Below, piece by piece: positions 26,600 to 36,865 of a stretch of 60,481 nt of DNA. Both the position numbers and the translations under genes were made by a program. Source of the DNA: a virus (lineage: Duplodnaviria > Caudoviricetes); the IMG/VR virus record IMGVR_UViG_3300038462_000024, positions 1-60,481 of that record. One strand, written 5' to 3'. The first letter of the stretch is position 1. Every line of letters starts with the position of its first letter. Below the pieces are notes generated by a model. The model saw only the letters and a list, made by a program, of their open reading frames with translations. It made no database searches and was not told where the DNA came from.

Positions 26600-27763
26600 A
26601 TGCTTAATATTCAGCCTTCATTCCCTGCTCCGGCCATTATCCGGTTTCCAGGAGCACTTCGGGGCAGGGCGCGCGCCCTGGATAATCTAACAGGCTATGG
26701 GTGGGCGGGCAACCAGCGTACCCATGATGCCCTAGGCAATGCCATGGGTGCCCGGCTGGGGGGCAACTTCCGGACCAACGATGGTCGCACGGTGGATTCC
26801 ACGGGCGCATTCCTCGTCGGTGAGCTTGAACGGCTCGACATGACGCTGCACAACCCGCTGGTGGCGGTGACTTGGGGCCGCGACATCCAACTCCGCGACG
26901 ACGTTACCATCGCGGATGAAGTGTCGAGCTTCACGCTGTCCACATACGGTTCGCCGGGTTCGCTGGGCACAGGCAGTTCCATCGGCAACGGCAAAGCCTG
27001 GATCGGCAAGACCACTAACCAGATTACGGGCGTTGGCGTCGATATCGCCAAGATCCCGCACCCGCTGCGGCCTTGGGGCCTGGAAATCCGGTTCACCATT
27101 CTCGAACTGGAATCGGCGGCCAAACTCGGCCGCCCGGTCGATGCCCAGAAATACGCGGGCATGCAGCTCAAGCACCAAATGGACATCGACGAGCAGGTGT
27201 ACATCGGCGATACCGTCACGGGCGATACCGGCCTCATCAACAACGCGCTGGTGACTTCCCGGTTTAATCTTCCGGCGGGCGTCTCGGGCTCCACGGCTTG
27301 GGCATTCAAGACCCCGGACGAGATCCTGAACGATGTCAACTACGTGTTGACCACGACTTGGGCCAATTCCGGTTATGCGGTCATCCCCAGCCGCCTGTTG
27401 CTGCCCCCGACGCAATTCGGCTACATCAGCACGCAAAAAGTCTCCCTGGCAGGCAATGTGTCCATTCTGAAGTATATCCAGGAAAACAACCTGCTCACCA
27501 CATCCGGCCAGGGCAAACTTGAGATTTACCCCCTCAAGTGGCTGGTCGGCGCGGGCTTAGGTGGCACTATCGGCACGGCGGGCACCGTTGACCGCATGGT
27601 GGCATACACCAACGAAAAGGACCGCGTGCGCTACCCGATGACGCTCCTACAGCGCACGCCGATTCAATACGACTCGATTTACCACAAAACCACTTATTTC
27701 TGCCGCATGGGCGTTGTCGAGTGCGTCTACCCTGAAACGCTGTCGTATGGGGATGGGTTGTAG
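26600..27763 (+). CDS. Major capsid protein (DUF2184-like)
   Basis: TGAFLVGELERLD, TWGRDI, KTPDEILND, LLLPP..F, DRMVAY; GAGG RBS before ATG 26600. Confidence 0.93.
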   Translation: MLNIQPSFPAPAIIRFPGALRGRARALDNLTGYGWAGNQRTHDALGNAMGARLGGNFRTNDGRTVDSTGAFLVGELERLDMTLHNPLVAVTWGRDIQLRDDVTIADEVSSFTLSTYGSPGSLGTGSSIGNGKAWIGKTTNQITGVGVDIAKIPHPLRPWGLEIRFTILELESAAKLGRPVDAQKYAGMQLKHQMDIDEQVYIGDTVTGDTGLINNALVTSRFNLPAGVSGSTAWAFKTPDEILNDVNYVLTTTWANSGYAVIPSRLLLPPTQFGYISTQKVSLAGNVSILKYIQENNLLTTSGQGKLEIYPLKWLVGAGLGGTIGTAGTVDRMVAYTNEKDRVRYPMTLLQRTPIQYDSIYHKTTYFCRMGVVECVYPETLSYGDGL

Positions 27764-27793
27764 CCGTAGCAGACTATAACTAAATATAAAGAC

Positions 27794-27821
27794 AGGGACG
27801 GCGGGAGGCCCCGCCGTCCCT
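27794..27821 (+). terminator. Strong hairpin after MCP (stabiliser or terminator)
   Basis: Perfect 12-bp stem AGGGACGGCGGG-AGGC-CCCGCCGTCCCT; no U-tract. Confidence 0.55.
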
Positions 27822-27854
27822 CAGCCCCAGTAATCTTTGGAGGAATGTGTACCA

Positions 27855-28829
27855 ATGCCAGTTAGATCGTTCACCGGGCCGGACGGCCAGACGTTTAAAT
27901 TAGGCAGAAAAATCCCAACATCTCGCGCCCCGGTCCTGCGCTTAAAGAACTATATGACTACTGTGTTACCTCAGCTCCCCGCTGCTTATGATTACACCCC
28001 GATGGCCCAGGCGGCCCTTGGGCAGATGTACAATAACGATTCGCTGGGCGATTGCGTGATTGCCGCGATGGAGCACGTACAGGGCGTATTTACCGGAAAC
28101 GCCTCGGGCAGCCCGCTGCAGTTTTCGGCCAATCAGACCATTGGTATGTACTCGGCGGCGTGCGGGTATGTTCCCGGCCAGCCCAGGACGGACGCCGGTT
28201 GCGATATCCAGCAGGTGTTTTCTTATTGGGGAGATAAGGGGTCGCCCCAGGGATCTGGCCACAAGATCGCCGGTTGGTTGGCTGTGGATCCCACTTCGGT
28301 TACGGAAGTCCAAACGGCGATATGGCTGTTTGAAAATGTCTTTTTCGGGATTTGTATGCCCGATGCTTGGGTCAACCCTCTCCCCCGCCAATCGGGTTTC
28401 ATTTGGGATGCGGCGGGAAGCCCGGACCCCTACAACGGCCACTGCTTCCCCGGAGTGGCGTACGACTCGGCTGGAGTCGTTATTTCCACTTGGGCAATGC
28501 TGGGCCGGATTACATACAGGGCAATAGCCCAGTACGCGGCGGACAGGGCTCAGGGCGAGTTGTACACCGTCATCAGCCAGGATCAGTTGAATGCCGCCAG
28601 CGGGATGGCTCCCAATGGGTTCAATTGGGACCAACTGACGGCAGATTTCACAGCTCTAGGCGGCGGTGTGACGCCGCCCACGCCGCCCACGCCGCCCACG
28701 CCGCCCGCGACTCTGCTCCAGCAACTGGCCACCGACGTGCAAAAGCTCGTGTCGGACGCGCAGACGGACGGCGCGGCGGTTGCCCTGGACTTGGCGGCAA
28801 TTCTCGCGGCGGGCACGCCGAAATCCTAA
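27855..28829 (+). CDS. Papain-like cysteine peptidase
   Basis: NDSLGDCVIAA (Cys), GHCF (His), ISTW; PTP linker and helical tail; GGAGG RBS. Confidence 0.7.
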   Translation: MPVRSFTGPDGQTFKLGRKIPTSRAPVLRLKNYMTTVLPQLPAAYDYTPMAQAALGQMYNNDSLGDCVIAAMEHVQGVFTGNASGSPLQFSANQTIGMYSAACGYVPGQPRTDAGCDIQQVFSYWGDKGSPQGSGHKIAGWLAVDPTSVTEVQTAIWLFENVFFGICMPDAWVNPLPRQSGFIWDAAGSPDPYNGHCFPGVAYDSAGVVISTWAMLGRITYRAIAQYAADRAQGELYTVISQDQLNAASGMAPNGFNWDQLTADFTALGGGVTPPTPPTPPTPPATLLQQLATDVQKLVSDAQTDGAAVALDLAAILAAGTPKS

Positions 28830-28844
28830 CCACGGAGGTTTGAC

Positions 28845-29216
28845 TTGGATATCAATAGACCTGCGCCGGGCGCTACGCGCTGGCAGACCCCCGGCTCCGC
28901 ACCGTTCGGGATGCTTTCCCCGGAAACGGCTAAACTAAGGGAGGACGAACCAACTTTTACCATGGTTTTCCCTCAGGATGTGATTGTCACCCGTGATGAT
29001 ATGTCCAAGGTCCATTTCCGGATGGGAATCCAGGAAGTTCCCGAACACATCAAGGACCACTGGTATTTGCGGGGCGCGGGAGTAATTATGTACACCAAGC
29101 CCGAACCGGTTAAAGTTCCCGCACCTGCGGCGGCCGTGGCGCAGCCGGTTCCTCTGCCCGCTTCCTCGGCCCCGGTTAAAGCGCCGCCCCGCGCGTCGCA
29201 GAAATCCGGAGGTTAA
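28845..29216 (+). CDS. Small conserved head-region protein (STY1053-like)
   Basis: FRMGIQEVPEHIKDHWY motif; Pro/Ala tail. Confidence 0.65.
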   Translation: MDINRPAPGATRWQTPGSAPFGMLSPETAKLREDEPTFTMVFPQDVIVTRDDMSKVHFRMGIQEVPEHIKDHWYLRGAGVIMYTKPEPVKVPAPAAAVAQPVPLPASSAPVKAPPRASQKSGG

Positions 29217-29221
29217 GGGCT

Positions 29222-29560
29222 ATGCCGCTGACTAAAAAGGGGGAAAAGATCATGTCTCATATGAAGCAGGAATACGGGCCGAAGAAGGGGGAAGGCGTGT
29301 TCTACGCCTCCGCCAACAATGGCACGATTTCGGGTGTGCACCCCAAGGATTCGGACGATCCGAACGCGGTGCAGTTAATGGGGCCATTTAACCCCAAGTC
29401 GGCGGCCAAGCCCTCAATCGACCCGCCCCGGTTTCATGATAACATGGTGCCGGGCACGGGCGAGTTGGCGGGGGAGATTGTCAAGGTCCTCCCCGACAAT
29501 ATCTCGGCAGCGTCTATCAACGAGGCTAATAAGAAGTTGTGGCGGTCAGCCGGAGGCTAA
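29222..29560 (+). CDS. Small basic protein with scaffold-like C-terminal helix
   Basis: MPLTKKGEKIM...VFYASANNG N-terminal domain; SAASINEANKKLW C-terminus. Confidence 0.7.
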   Translation: MPLTKKGEKIMSHMKQEYGPKKGEGVFYASANNGTISGVHPKDSDDPNAVQLMGPFNPKSAAKPSIDPPRFHDNMVPGTGELAGEIVKVLPDNISAASINEANKKLWRSAGG

Positions 29561-29563
29561 CCC

Positions 29564-30064
29564 ATGATTACCCCCCAGTCTTTCCGCATCGATTACCCCG
29601 AATTTAGGGACCAAGGACGGTACCCGGATTCGGGCATTCAGCTTTTCGTCGCGGTCGCGGGGATGCTCTTCAATAAGCGGCTTTGGGGGGAACCTTCGGT
29701 TGCGGCGGCCAACCCGCCCACTACCATGTACGACATTGGGGTGGAGCTGTTCATAGCGCACAACTTGGCTTTGGAATTCCAACAGATTAAGGCGTCAGAA
29801 AATGGGGCCGTGCCCGGCCTCACCACTGGCGTTATTTCTAGTAAGAGCGTCGGCAGCGTTTCAATCAGTTACGATACGGCGTCAGGCGTCGAGGCCGATG
29901 CGGGCCATTGGAACTTGACCACCTATGGCATCCGGTTTATCCGGCTTAGCAAGCAGTTCGGGGCCGCGCCGTTTATCGCGGCGGGCAACATGGTTCCCAA
30001 TGACTGGTCAACAACCTCCACCCCCGCCTGGCCAGGGCCGCCGTTCTTTGGGTTTTCTAATTAG
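29564..30064 (+). CDS. Head-tail connector (DUF4054-like)
   Basis: FRIDYPEF...YPD...LFIAHNL...SVGSVSISYD...WNLTTYG. Confidence 0.85.
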   Translation: MITPQSFRIDYPEFRDQGRYPDSGIQLFVAVAGMLFNKRLWGEPSVAAANPPTTMYDIGVELFIAHNLALEFQQIKASENGAVPGLTTGVISSKSVGSVSISYDTASGVEADAGHWNLTTYGIRFIRLSKQFGAAPFIAAGNMVPNDWSTTSTPAWPGPPFFGFSN

Positions 30065-30074
30065 AGGCTGTAAG

Positions 30075-30719
30075 ATGGCTATACATATCCACATACATAC
30101 GGGGGATGCCTGGGAAGAGGAGAAACACCCCCGCAGAAAAGACGGAAAGTTTGGGGCGGGGGCAGGCGGCGTAGCTAAAACACCCAAAGCCGCCTCATCT
30201 AAACAAGCCCTTCTTCCTAGTGACCATAAAGCAACCGCCCCCCAGATCAAACGAGCGCTGGCTAAACTTAAGCCATCACCTGATGAGGACGCGGATTACA
30301 ACAGCCCTCTTCGCCGTGTTCCGGATGAGATTCCGGCCAGAGCGAGGGAATATGAAGACGAAGAGTACGAGGAGGAAGACGAAGATGAGCCCTATCGTAT
30401 CTCTCAAGAAATGGTCGAAGAGTTCCTAATTCCTAATTTGAAAGGAAAATATAGGAAACTGGGGGTGGAAATTGACCCGGCAACTGTTTTTTGTTGGCAG
30501 TCCGAACTGTGGAAAACCCCGCTTGAGATATATATGAAAAACCCCAACGAAGACACCGGCGGGGGCACGACGCGGCGACCTGTGGTAACTAAGTTGCACG
30601 GGATACCTGTTGTGCAAGACGGAAATCACAGGGTGGTGGCGGCGCTTCTTTCGGGCCGCAAAATAAAAGTGGATTATTATGACTTGGATAAGGCCAAGAA
30701 AGACGGGGTTGAGTGGTAA
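30075..30719 (+). CDS. ParB-like domain protein with HIHIH and WxExKHPR motifs
   Basis: MAIHIHIHTGDAWEEEKHPRRKDGKF; PVV...QDGNHRVVAA; GAGG RBS. Confidence 0.8.
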   Translation: MAIHIHIHTGDAWEEEKHPRRKDGKFGAGAGGVAKTPKAASSKQALLPSDHKATAPQIKRALAKLKPSPDEDADYNSPLRRVPDEIPARAREYEDEEYEEEDEDEPYRISQEMVEEFLIPNLKGKYRKLGVEIDPATVFCWQSELWKTPLEIYMKNPNEDTGGGTTRRPVVTKLHGIPVVQDGNHRVVAALLSGRKIKVDYYDLDKAKKDGVEW

Positions 30720-31322
30720 ATGCCCAGCCAAATTGAACACGTTTCCCATTTCCCCCAACTGGTCCGGGCACTCTGGTTTCTGGCCTCCCAACAGGTAATG
30801 GTTGGCGTTCCGGCGGAAGAAGCGCTGCGCAAACCGGAACCAGGGGAAAAGGGGAACATTAACAACGCTTTCCTGGCCTATATCCATGAGCACGGGAGCC
30901 CGGAAGCCAACGTGCCCCCTCGCCCCTTCCTGCGCCCCGCGATAGAGGAGATGCGCCCGGAAATCGTAACCCGGCTGCTAAAAATCGGCCGCGCGGCGTT
31001 AAAGGGCGACGTTGACGCGGTTACTAAGGGTTACCATATGTTGGGGCTTCGGGCGCAGAACAAGGTCCGAGCCAAGATCAATGAGGGAGTTCCTCCCCCG
31101 CTGGCCGACTCCACCCTCCGGGCTCGCGCCCGGCGCGGCCGGAAAGGCGCGGCGGTCGAATTGCAGCGCCGCGCGGGGCTAGCTCAACCGGTGTCCCCCG
31201 CCGCGTTGATGGCGGGAATGGACAACGCCAAGCCCCTAATTGACACTGGCCAGCTCCGCAATTCCATCACATATGTGATCCGAAAGGTGTCAACGCCTGC
31301 GGGGATTAAGTTTAATCCATGA
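30720..31322 (+). CDS. Neck/tail completion protein
   Basis: VMVGVP...LAYIHEHG...PPRPFLRP...KPLIDTGQLRNSI. Confidence 0.8.
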   Translation: MPSQIEHVSHFPQLVRALWFLASQQVMVGVPAEEALRKPEPGEKGNINNAFLAYIHEHGSPEANVPPRPFLRPAIEEMRPEIVTRLLKIGRAALKGDVDAVTKGYHMLGLRAQNKVRAKINEGVPPPLADSTLRARARRGRKGAAVELQRRAGLAQPVSPAALMAGMDNAKPLIDTGQLRNSITYVIRKVSTPAGIKFNP

Positions 31323-31909
31323 CCGGCGCAGCCATCCAGCCCATCGACGCGGTTTCCCCTCAAACTGGCGACAGCCTTAACCAATTTCTGCAGCCGTGGC
31401 TGGTTGCGATGTCTACGTTGCCTGGAAATATGGTGCGGCCCGCGTTCCAAGCAGATCCCCCTAATATTCCGGACGCGGGCGAAGCCTGGATGGCGTTTAG
31501 GTATTCAACCCGCCCGGCGGACGATTACCCCTATTTTGGGGCCGAGTTTGGAGCTGCGGCCCGCCCTGACGTACAAGTCATGCAGCGGCACGAGATGATC
31601 AGCGTGCTGTGCAGCTTCTTCGATCTCGGAATCGGAGGCCAGGCCGACGCGTTGGCCACTCTCACCCGCGATAACATCGCTGTCCCTCAAAATGTCGAGG
31701 TGCTCTCAGCCAACAATATGGGTATAGCCAATATTGGCACCTTGTCCCCAATTCCGGTTATAGTGAAAAACCGGTGGCAATACCGGGTGGATTTTCCGTT
31801 TACGGTTCGGCGAGAAATCATTAGAACTTACCCCGTACCCTCTGTGGCTAAAGTTGTGGGCACGGTCAACACCGGCAGCGGGTTAATTCAACCCTTCCAC
31901 AGCCCTTAA
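31319..31909 (+). CDS. Tail terminator protein
   Basis: Directly before the sheath; MVRPAFQ...WQYRVD pattern. Confidence 0.7.
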   Translation: MTGAAIQPIDAVSPQTGDSLNQFLQPWLVAMSTLPGNMVRPAFQADPPNIPDAGEAWMAFRYSTRPADDYPYFGAEFGAAARPDVQVMQRHEMISVLCSFFDLGIGGQADALATLTRDNIAVPQNVEVLSANNMGIANIGTLSPIPVIVKNRWQYRVDFPFTVRREIIRTYPVPSVAKVVGTVNTGSGLIQPFHSP

Positions 31910-31920
31910 AGGAACACAAG

Positions 31921-33420
31921 ATGTCTGCAGGTCTGTCGACTACCCGCATCATAAATGCCAACGTGAATTTAAGCGCGCCCCCATCCAGCGTGCCCAATTT
32001 CAACACGTTTTTGATTTTGGGTACGTCAACCATAATCGATACGGCTACCCGGATGCGGGCGTACAGCACCTTGGCTGAAATAGCTACGGATTTCGGCACA
32101 AGCGCTGAGGAATACTTGGCCGCAACGCTCTGGTTTGACCAGCTCCCTCAGCCTTCGCAGGCACTGGTTGGCCGGTGGTGCAAGACCGCCGCGCACGGCC
32201 AGTTGATTGGGGCCACGCTTCCGGCCGCCAGTCAACTGGCGGCGGCCTGGGACAGCATCTCTAACGGGTCCCTGAGAATAACCATCGATGGGGGCACCGT
32301 TCAAAACCTGTCGGGGTTAGATTTCACCGGGCTGTCAACCAGTTTCAACATGAACGGGGTGGCTTCGGTAATCTCGGCGGCTCTGGTGAGCATTGGGGCG
32401 GCGGCGGTTTGGAACGCGGTGTATCAACGGTTTGAGCTGACTTCCGCGTCTCCGGGCGCGGGCTCGGCGGTGTCGTTTGCCTCGGCTACGGGTTCTGGTA
32501 CGGATATTTCCGCACTAGCGGGGTTGGCGGTTGCCTCCTCGGGAGCATACGCGGCGGGCGGCACGGCGGCTGAAAGCGCGCTGAACACCGTGATTAATTT
32601 CGATAATCAGTTTTCATCGCAGTGGTATGGACTGGTCATTCCCAGCGCGGCGGATGCCGATCACGAGGCCGTGGCGGGGTACGTTGAGGGGGCAACCAAT
32701 CGGCATTTTTACGGGGTAAACACACAAGAATCGGCGGTTCTGGTTTCGGGGGACACCACATCAGTTCCGTACGCCCTCCAGCAGCTTCGGTACAATCGGA
32801 CGGCCACCCAATACAGCTCGTCTTCGGCGTACGCGGTGGCGTCTTTGTTGGGCCGCATTCTGCCCACTAACTGGAATAACAACAATTCCGCTATTACGTT
32901 ATTTGGCAAGACCGAGCCCGGAGTTGCGGCGGAAAACCTCACCACCAACCAAGTTGTGGCCCTTGAGGCCAAAAACTGCAACGTATTTGTTGCCTACAAC
33001 AACGGCACCGCGATCATTGAGCCGGGCAAGTGCGCATCGGGGCAGTTTATCGATACGATCGTTGGCCTGGATTGGTTGGTTGCCAGTATCCAGACCAATG
33101 TGTTTAATCTGATCGTGGGTTCCGCCACTAAAATTCCAGAGTCCGATTCCGGGATGCACCAGATCGGAACTGCCATTGAGGCCGGGCTTCAGGCGGCGGT
33201 TTACAACGGGTTGTGCGCGCCCGGCCCTTGGAGTGGGGCGGGGTTTGGGCAAATCAAGCCGGACGACTACCTGAATAAAGGGTATTACCTGTACATCCCC
33301 CCAATCTCCTCGATCTCGGATGCGGTTCGGGCGGGCCGAGACTCCGTTCCCTTCCAAGCGGCAGTTCGTATGGCGGGGGCCGTGCATTCGGCCAGTGTTA
33401 CCCTGAACATCGGCTTTTAA
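31921..33420 (+). CDS. Tail sheath protein (DUF3383-like)
   Basis: DFGTSAEEYLAA..WF.Q.PQP; TLFGKTEPGV; FIDTIVGLDW; AGAVHS. Confidence 0.9.
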   Translation: MSAGLSTTRIINANVNLSAPPSSVPNFNTFLILGTSTIIDTATRMRAYSTLAEIATDFGTSAEEYLAATLWFDQLPQPSQALVGRWCKTAAHGQLIGATLPAASQLAAAWDSISNGSLRITIDGGTVQNLSGLDFTGLSTSFNMNGVASVISAALVSIGAAAVWNAVYQRFELTSASPGAGSAVSFASATGSGTDISALAGLAVASSGAYAAGGTAAESALNTVINFDNQFSSQWYGLVIPSAADADHEAVAGYVEGATNRHFYGVNTQESAVLVSGDTTSVPYALQQLRYNRTATQYSSSSAYAVASLLGRILPTNWNNNNSAITLFGKTEPGVAAENLTTNQVVALEAKNCNVFVAYNNGTAIIEPGKCASGQFIDTIVGLDWLVASIQTNVFNLIVGSATKIPESDSGMHQIGTAIEAGLQAAVYNGLCAPGPWSGAGFGQIKPDDYLNKGYYLYIPPISSISDAVRAGRDSVPFQAAVRMAGAVHSASVTLNIGF

Positions 33421-33432
33421 AGGAGTCTCAGC

Positions 33433-33888
33433 GTGGCGACTTATTCGTTTATGGCGGTTAATGCCACTTTCACCGGGCTGGGCGGCTCGGTTCCCCTGGG
33501 CTATGGGTCCGCATCGGCCAAGGAGGGCCTTTCGTACGACCCCCTTGAGGATAAGGACCGCATGGAGGTTGGCGCGGACGGGGCGATTATGCATTCCCTC
33601 CGGGCGTCTAACGCCTCCCGGCTTACGGTGCGGCTGCTTAAAACCGCCCCGGCAAATGCGTTGCTGAACAATATGTACAACCTGCAGCGTATTCTCCTTT
33701 CGACCTGGGGCCAGAACGTCCTGCTAGTCTCAGATACGCAGAGGGGGGATATTATCAGTGGCGACACTATTGCGTTCGCCCGCCATCCCGTGGTAACGTG
33801 GGCGGAAGACGCCAACCATAACGAATGGACGTTTTACGGAAACGTAATTCCCATCTTGGGGTTGGGCGTCCCGGACGTCAATACTTAG
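33433..33888 (+). CDS. Tail tube protein (DUF3277-like)
   Basis: TYSF...M.VGADG...TVRLLKTAP.N..L; follows the sheath. Confidence 0.85.
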   Translation: MATYSFMAVNATFTGLGGSVPLGYGSASAKEGLSYDPLEDKDRMEVGADGAIMHSLRASNASRLTVRLLKTAPANALLNNMYNLQRILLSTWGQNVLLVSDTQRGDIISGDTIAFARHPVVTWAEDANHNEWTFYGNVIPILGLGVPDVNT

Positions 33889-33924
33889 GGTTGACGTCCC
33901 CCCGCAACAGGTATTGGAGGCCAC

Positions 33925-34407
33925 GTGGCACAGGTTAAGGGGGCGAATTCGCCCCGCAACGTTCAAGGCGAATCGGGCAGCCCCGAAGGCAATCCGGCCG
34001 GAGTTCCCGGCCCCTCCGAGGTGCTGGTTAGCGGGCAGCAGTATTTAGTCCGCCGCCTCAGCACTTTCGACCAGTTCGAGATTGCCCGTAAACTGTCCCC
34101 CGTGCTGTCCATGATGGCGCTCCAAACGGACCGGGCTAAGCTAGCCCAGGGCTTCCCTCAGGCGTTTTGCGCCTTGACCGCTGGCCTGGCTAAGGAGGAC
34201 GTGGAAGAGCTGTATCGGCTGATACTGGGCGCGGTGCTTAGAAGCCAACAAGGCCAATGGGTGCCGGTTTACGTCAGCGGGCAGCTAGCGTTTGTTGATA
34301 TCGGCATGGCGGATATGTTAAACTTAGTTTGGGCGGTGTTGGAGGCGCACCGGCTGGTGGATTTTTTCGCTGGCGGCCTGTCCGTTATGGAGGGGCTTCA
34401 GAGGTAG
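33925..34407 (+). CDS. Tail assembly chaperone (G-like)
   Basis: LSTFDQFEIARKLSP; between tube and tape measure. Confidence 0.8.
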   Translation: MAQVKGANSPRNVQGESGSPEGNPAGVPGPSEVLVSGQQYLVRRLSTFDQFEIARKLSPVLSMMALQTDRAKLAQGFPQAFCALTAGLAKEDVEELYRLILGAVLRSQQGQWVPVYVSGQLAFVDIGMADMLNLVWAVLEAHRLVDFFAGGLSVMEGLQR

Positions 34408-34595
34408 ATTGGGCGTCGACCGAATACAGTTGGTTGTTAGTCCCCTGCACTGAGGGCGGCCTGTGCAATTACCTGTGGTTAAAAACGGGGGCGGTTGATC
34501 TGATTGATTTATGCCTCATGCATGACCACATCGCCGCGACTAGGGAAAATGAACGCCGTCAACAAAACTGGGTAAGCACTAAGGGCAATGTATAA
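34362..34595 (+). CDS. -1 frameshift extension of the tail chaperone (GT-like)
   Basis: Slippery T TTT TTC at 34362-34368; -1 frame encodes WLLVP...LKTG.VDL.DL..M.D...EN and abuts the tape measure start. Confidence 0.7.
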   Translation, partial: FFRWRPVRYGGASEVDWASTEYSWLLVPCTEGGLCNYLWLKTGAVDLIDLCLMHDHIAATRENERRQQNWVSTKGNV

Positions 34596-35979
34596 CTTAG
34601 AAGAATACCTAGTAAAACTCGGCTTCAAGGTGGATGAGGCGCAGTGGAAGACGTTTGCTACTGCCGTAGCTAAATCCGGTTCCCTGGTGTACGACCTGGG
34701 CGCGGCGGCTTTCAGGGCGGCCGAGGCGATTGGGGTGGCCGTCGAGGTAATTGCTCGCCGTTACGAGCAGCTTTATTACTCGTCCCAGCGCACCGGGGCC
34801 AGTGTAGGGATGCTGCTCAACTACTCCTTCGCGGCGACCCAGATAGGCGTTTCGTCGGAAACTGCCCGGCATTCGGTGGAGTCATTTACTCAGGCGCTGC
34901 GGCTTAATCCGGGCCTACAAGGTATGCTCACCAATTTGGGTGTTGGTGCCGCCGATCCAGTAACGCGCATGCAAACCATGGTGGAGCGGCTCAAGGCGCA
35001 GTTCGGCGAGCGGGGATATTTCGCGGCGGCTCAGATTGCGAACATGTACGGGCTGGATGAGACAACCTTCCGGCAAATGTGGTCTAACATGGAGAGGTTA
35101 AAGACCTCCCAGACCGAAAACCAAGTCCGCATGCGGGGGGCGGGGCTCGACGCGGATAAGGCGGCGGTTAAATTCACCGATTTCGCCCGCGCAGTTAACC
35201 GGCTGGAGGCTGCGTTCGGTGTGTTGAAAGACCGTATCACCGTGTCGTTTGCTGGGCCTGTTCAAGCCGGAATAGACCGGTTAACTAAGCTGGTTGACCT
35301 GGGGTCAAACCTGTATAACGCCTGGGCTGACCCCGAACATGACCCTTACGGGGAGGGCGCGGCCTCCGGCGTTTCTCGGGGGGCCAAGTCTTCCGCCAAA
35401 TCCAGTAAGGCCGCACCTAGCGGAGCCAGCGGGGCTATTGACTACTTCGTCAAACAGGGTTGGACGGTCGAGCAGGCTACGGGCATCGCGGCTAATCTGT
35501 ATGCGGAGAGCGGGTTTAAGCCGGGGAACACTAACCCGGCTAGCGGCATGTACGGTTTGGCCCAATGGGACAAGGGCCGCCGAGGGGATTTCCAAGCGTG
35601 GTCTGGCCATTCCATTTACGGGTCCAGCACTGACGAGCAGATGGCTTTTGTTCAACACGAATTGACGGCGGGCAAGGAACGGGGTGCGGGGGCGCGGCTG
35701 CGCGGAGCTAAAACCGCTAAGGAAGCGGGCTATGCTTTCGGCCGGTACTACGAGCGCCCAGACTTGGCGGGGGATGCGATTGCCAACCAGCGCGGGCAAC
35801 TAGCTGAATATTGGGGCAACAAGGGCGGTGGGGGCGGGGCTCAGAACGTCACCCAGACCAACAATATCAACGTCAATGGTGCGGGGGACCCCAAGGCCAC
35901 GGCCAACGCGGTTGGCGCGGCGATGAACGCGCAGAACCAACAAATGCGGCAGATGATTCGGGGGGATACGGTCAGATAA
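34588..35979 (+). CDS. Tape measure protein with C-terminal phage tail lysozyme domain
   Basis: EEYLVKLGFKVD N-terminus; GIAANLYAESG...GLAQW...YERP lysozyme motifs. Confidence 0.88.
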   Translation: MYNLEEYLVKLGFKVDEAQWKTFATAVAKSGSLVYDLGAAAFRAAEAIGVAVEVIARRYEQLYYSSQRTGASVGMLLNYSFAATQIGVSSETARHSVESFTQALRLNPGLQGMLTNLGVGAADPVTRMQTMVERLKAQFGERGYFAAAQIANMYGLDETTFRQMWSNMERLKTSQTENQVRMRGAGLDADKAAVKFTDFARAVNRLEAAFGVLKDRITVSFAGPVQAGIDRLTKLVDLGSNLYNAWADPEHDPYGEGAASGVSRGAKSSAKSSKAAPSGASGAIDYFVKQGWTVEQATGIAANLYAESGFKPGNTNPASGMYGLAQWDKGRRGDFQAWSGHSIYGSSTDEQMAFVQHELTAGKERGAGARLRGAKTAKEAGYAFGRYYERPDLAGDAIANQRGQLAEYWGNKGGGGGAQNVTQTNNINVNGAGDPKATANAVGAAMNAQNQQMRQMIRGDTVR

Positions 35980-36557
35980 TGGCAATCTCCCCCTTTTCCT
36001 TGATGCTTCCGGCCGCCGCGATTTTGAGCGAGGTTTTCTCAGGCTCGATATTTATTCGACCTAGAAATATCGCCGGGTTCGTGGCGGACGTGACGCTCGA
36101 AGAGCGCCATGCGGATATGATGACGATCACCGAACACCCGGTGGAAAACGGGGCTAACATTTCGGATCACTGTTTTAAACAGCCCGCCCGGCTCACCCTT
36201 ACTGCCGGATTTTCCAATTCGGGGCCGAACGCCGGATTTAGCCTATCTTACATCGACGAGACGTATCAAAACTTCTTGTCGCTTCAAGCCTCCCGCGAGC
36301 CCTTTACTATTCAAACCGGCAAGCGCGCGTACACCAACATGTTGATGGCCTCCCTGGTTGAGGTCACCGACGCTAATCATGAGAACGCGATGATGCTGGT
36401 GATGGAGTGCCACGAAATACTAATCGCGAACACTCAAACCGTATCCGTTCCCCCCTCCAACGTGCAGGCCAACCCTCAAGTTACCGGGGCACCGGCCCAA
36501 ACAGGTACAGCAGCTTTGCAGCCCGCCCCCAATTTTAACGCAACCGCCGCCCCATGA
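35979..36557 (+). CDS. Dit-like tail tube initiator/baseplate protein
   Basis: ITEHPVENGANISDH; TGKRAYTNML. Confidence 0.8.
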   Translation: MAISPFSLMLPAAAILSEVFSGSIFIRPRNIAGFVADVTLEERHADMMTITEHPVENGANISDHCFKQPARLTLTAGFSNSGPNAGFSLSYIDETYQNFLSLQASREPFTIQTGKRAYTNMLMASLVEVTDANHENAMMLVMECHEILIANTQTVSVPPSNVQANPQVTGAPAQTGTAALQPAPNFNATAAP

Positions 36558-36865
36558 CCACGGCGTACGAAATACCCTTAAAAAATGAAGCGCAGCAGCT
36601 CAACATTACAATTGAGGGGGTAGTGTACAGCTTGGCTTTGGCGTGGAATACGTTTGCGGGGGCCTGGTACTTAGATGTTTCTGATCAAAACTTAACCCCT
36701 ATCCTGCAGGGGGTAAAACTGCTACCGGGAGGGGACCTATTAGCCCCTTACGCCTACCTGGGGTTCGGATTTGAATTGGTGGTTCAGACTGACCACGACA
36801 CGTTTGCCGCGCCGACTTACGCCAATTTGGGTGTCGATTCCCACCTATACGCCGTGTTTGCATGA
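36554..36865 (+). CDS. Baseplate plug-like protein
   Basis: EIPL...WN...WYLD...G.DLL.PY.YLG; context. Confidence 0.7.
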   Translation: MTTAYEIPLKNEAQQLNITIEGVVYSLALAWNTFAGAWYLDVSDQNLTPILQGVKLLPGGDLLAPYAYLGFGFELVVQTDHDTFAAPTYANLGVDSHLYAVFA

